From the UHGV virus genome UHGV-1367777: 44,172 nt of DNA; one strand, 5' to 3'. Of this stretch, positions 43,341 through 44,172 are shown piece by piece. The translations under genes and the position numbers were made by a program. The stretch's first letter is position 1, and every line of letters starts with the position of its first letter. The notes under the pieces are model-generated. The model ran no database searches and was not told the origin of the DNA. It saw nothing but the letters and a program-made list of their open reading frames with translations. The DNA is from a virus.

Positions 43341-43678
43341 TTTATAAGAAAATTCGCGTTGACGTGTACGGCCGCACTGTCTGGATCACCCGCGATATTG
43401 AGACGGCCAAGCGCCTAGTGTGGAAGCAATGTGGCCGCCGTGTTACCGATGAGGATTTTTGCTGTAAAGGGTTCACGGCGAACGGTTTTGGTAACAATGT
43501 TGTATGGCTGCACGAAGATTCATGGGTGCATACCCTGGCGCACGAAATGACGCACGTAGCCCTTAACATCTTCCATTATGCCGGGGTTGATGTTGACGCA
43601 AACAACCAGGAGCCTACTGCCTATCTGGTCGGATATCTCACAGGTGCGGCGTTCTACTGGATGGAGGCGGGAAAATGA
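43337..43678 (+). CDS. small HExxH zinc-metallopeptidase-like protein
   Basis: LAHEMTHV is an HExxH motif. ATGA-coupled to the polymerase. Confidence 0.45.
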   Translation: MIYKKIRVDVYGRTVWITRDIETAKRLVWKQCGRRVTDEDFCCKGFTANGFGNNVVWLHEDSWVHTLAHEMTHVALNIFHYAGVDVDANNQEPTAYLVGYLTGAAFYWMEAGK

Positions 43679-43995
43679 CCCCTGAAGGGAAAATCCAGGC
43701 CCACCTTCGCAAGCTGGTTAAGGCAGAGGGCGGGCTTACGAGAAAGGTACGTTGGGAGGGGCGCAATGGCGCGCCCGACCTGCTGGTCCTGCTCAACGGC
43801 ACCACATGGGTAGAGGTGAAAGCCCCTGGCGAGTTTCCGAAGCCCCACCAGATAGAAGAGCACCGCCGTATGCGCGAGCGCGGCGCGGACGTCCGGGTAA
43901 TTGACACAATCGAAGGTTGCGAATTATTGGTTGCGGAATTGGTCGCACGGCGGTATGATTCCCCGGTTAAAGGTCGAAGGAGACGTAAATGTTAG
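43675..43995 (+). CDS. VRR-NUC domain nuclease
   Basis: PDLLVLL...WVEVKAP...QIEEHRRM...VRVID matches the VRR-NUC PD-(D/E)XK signature. Classic partner of the SNF2 helicase. Confidence 0.65.
   Translation: MTPEGKIQAHLRKLVKAEGGLTRKVRWEGRNGAPDLLVLLNGTTWVEVKAPGEFPKPHQIEEHRRMRERGADVRVIDTIEGCELLVAELVARRYDSPVKGRRRRKC
43925..43960 (+). promoter_or_regulatory. promoter TTGCGG-N17-TATGAT with an ATTGGTTGC motif, embedded in the 3' end of the VRR-NUC gene
   Basis: Good -10. Confidence 0.4.
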
Positions 43996-44171
43996 AAACA
44001 AAAACATGTGTGACGTGCGGCAAAGAAAAGCCGCTGGAAGAGTTTCACAAATACACCGGGCGAACCGCCCGAAGCCCCGATGGACACCGCGCCGAGTGCA
44101 AAAAGTGCCGGAATGGAAAAGAACGCGAGCGCCAACGGCAATATCGCGAAGCACGCAAACAGGCCGAGTAA
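43989..44171 (+). CDS. small zinc-finger protein (CxxC...CxxC), 60 aa
   Basis: CVTCGK...CKKCRN. If the genome is circular, it is followed by 25-243. Confidence 0.45.
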   Translation: MLETKTCVTCGKEKPLEEFHKYTGRTARSPDGHRAECKKCRNGKERERQRQYREARKQAE

Positions 44172-44172
44172 T

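Overview
The window looks like an essentially complete, circularly permuted genome (about 44.2 kb) of a lambda-tailed siphovirus of Enterobacteria. I judge it virulent, because I see no integrase or CI-like repressor. The content is reminiscent of HK578/Dhillonvirus-like phages, but I cannot verify that without a database search. Coordinates for non-ORF features are hand-counted and may be off by 1-2 bp.

Layout:
- A + strand early/replication-associated block runs 37608-44171 and wraps to 25-5604. It holds an acidic lysine-rich protein, a Cas4-like PD-(D/E)XK nuclease, a DUF2815-like SSB, family A DNA polymerase, an HExxH protein, VRR-NUC, a Zn-finger protein, then SNF2 helicase, a short m5C-MTase-like protein, HNH, Dam, and a HAD phosphatase.
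- A - strand tail fiber with a C-terminal chaperone domain follows.
- A + strand Cor-like lipoprotein moron sits between palindromic GGGGCCAATTGGCCCC terminators.
- A - strand lambda-like tail module follows (J, I, K, L, M, tape measure, G/GT with a -1 frameshift, major tail).
- Head-tail joining genes, major capsid, scaffold, a three-gene + strand moron island, spanins (Rz/Rz1), a Mu-F-like head protein, portal, TerL and TerS come next.
- A - strand early block holds holins, endolysin, small regulators and a primase-helicase.

Features not explained by the ordinary gene calls:
- Two dispersed copies of an iteron-rich element about 200 bp long (GTCCCGC repeats, a GC hairpin, a DnaA-box-like TTATCCACG).
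- A recurring ATTGGTTGC promoter-associated motif.
- An ATDDDL(A/G)D acidic peptide shared by primase-helicase, SSB and nuclease.
- A paralogous gene pair.
- A tandem duplication that creates a lipoprotein fusion.
- A (TAA)11 microsatellite.
- A candidate small RNA with its own promoter and terminator.
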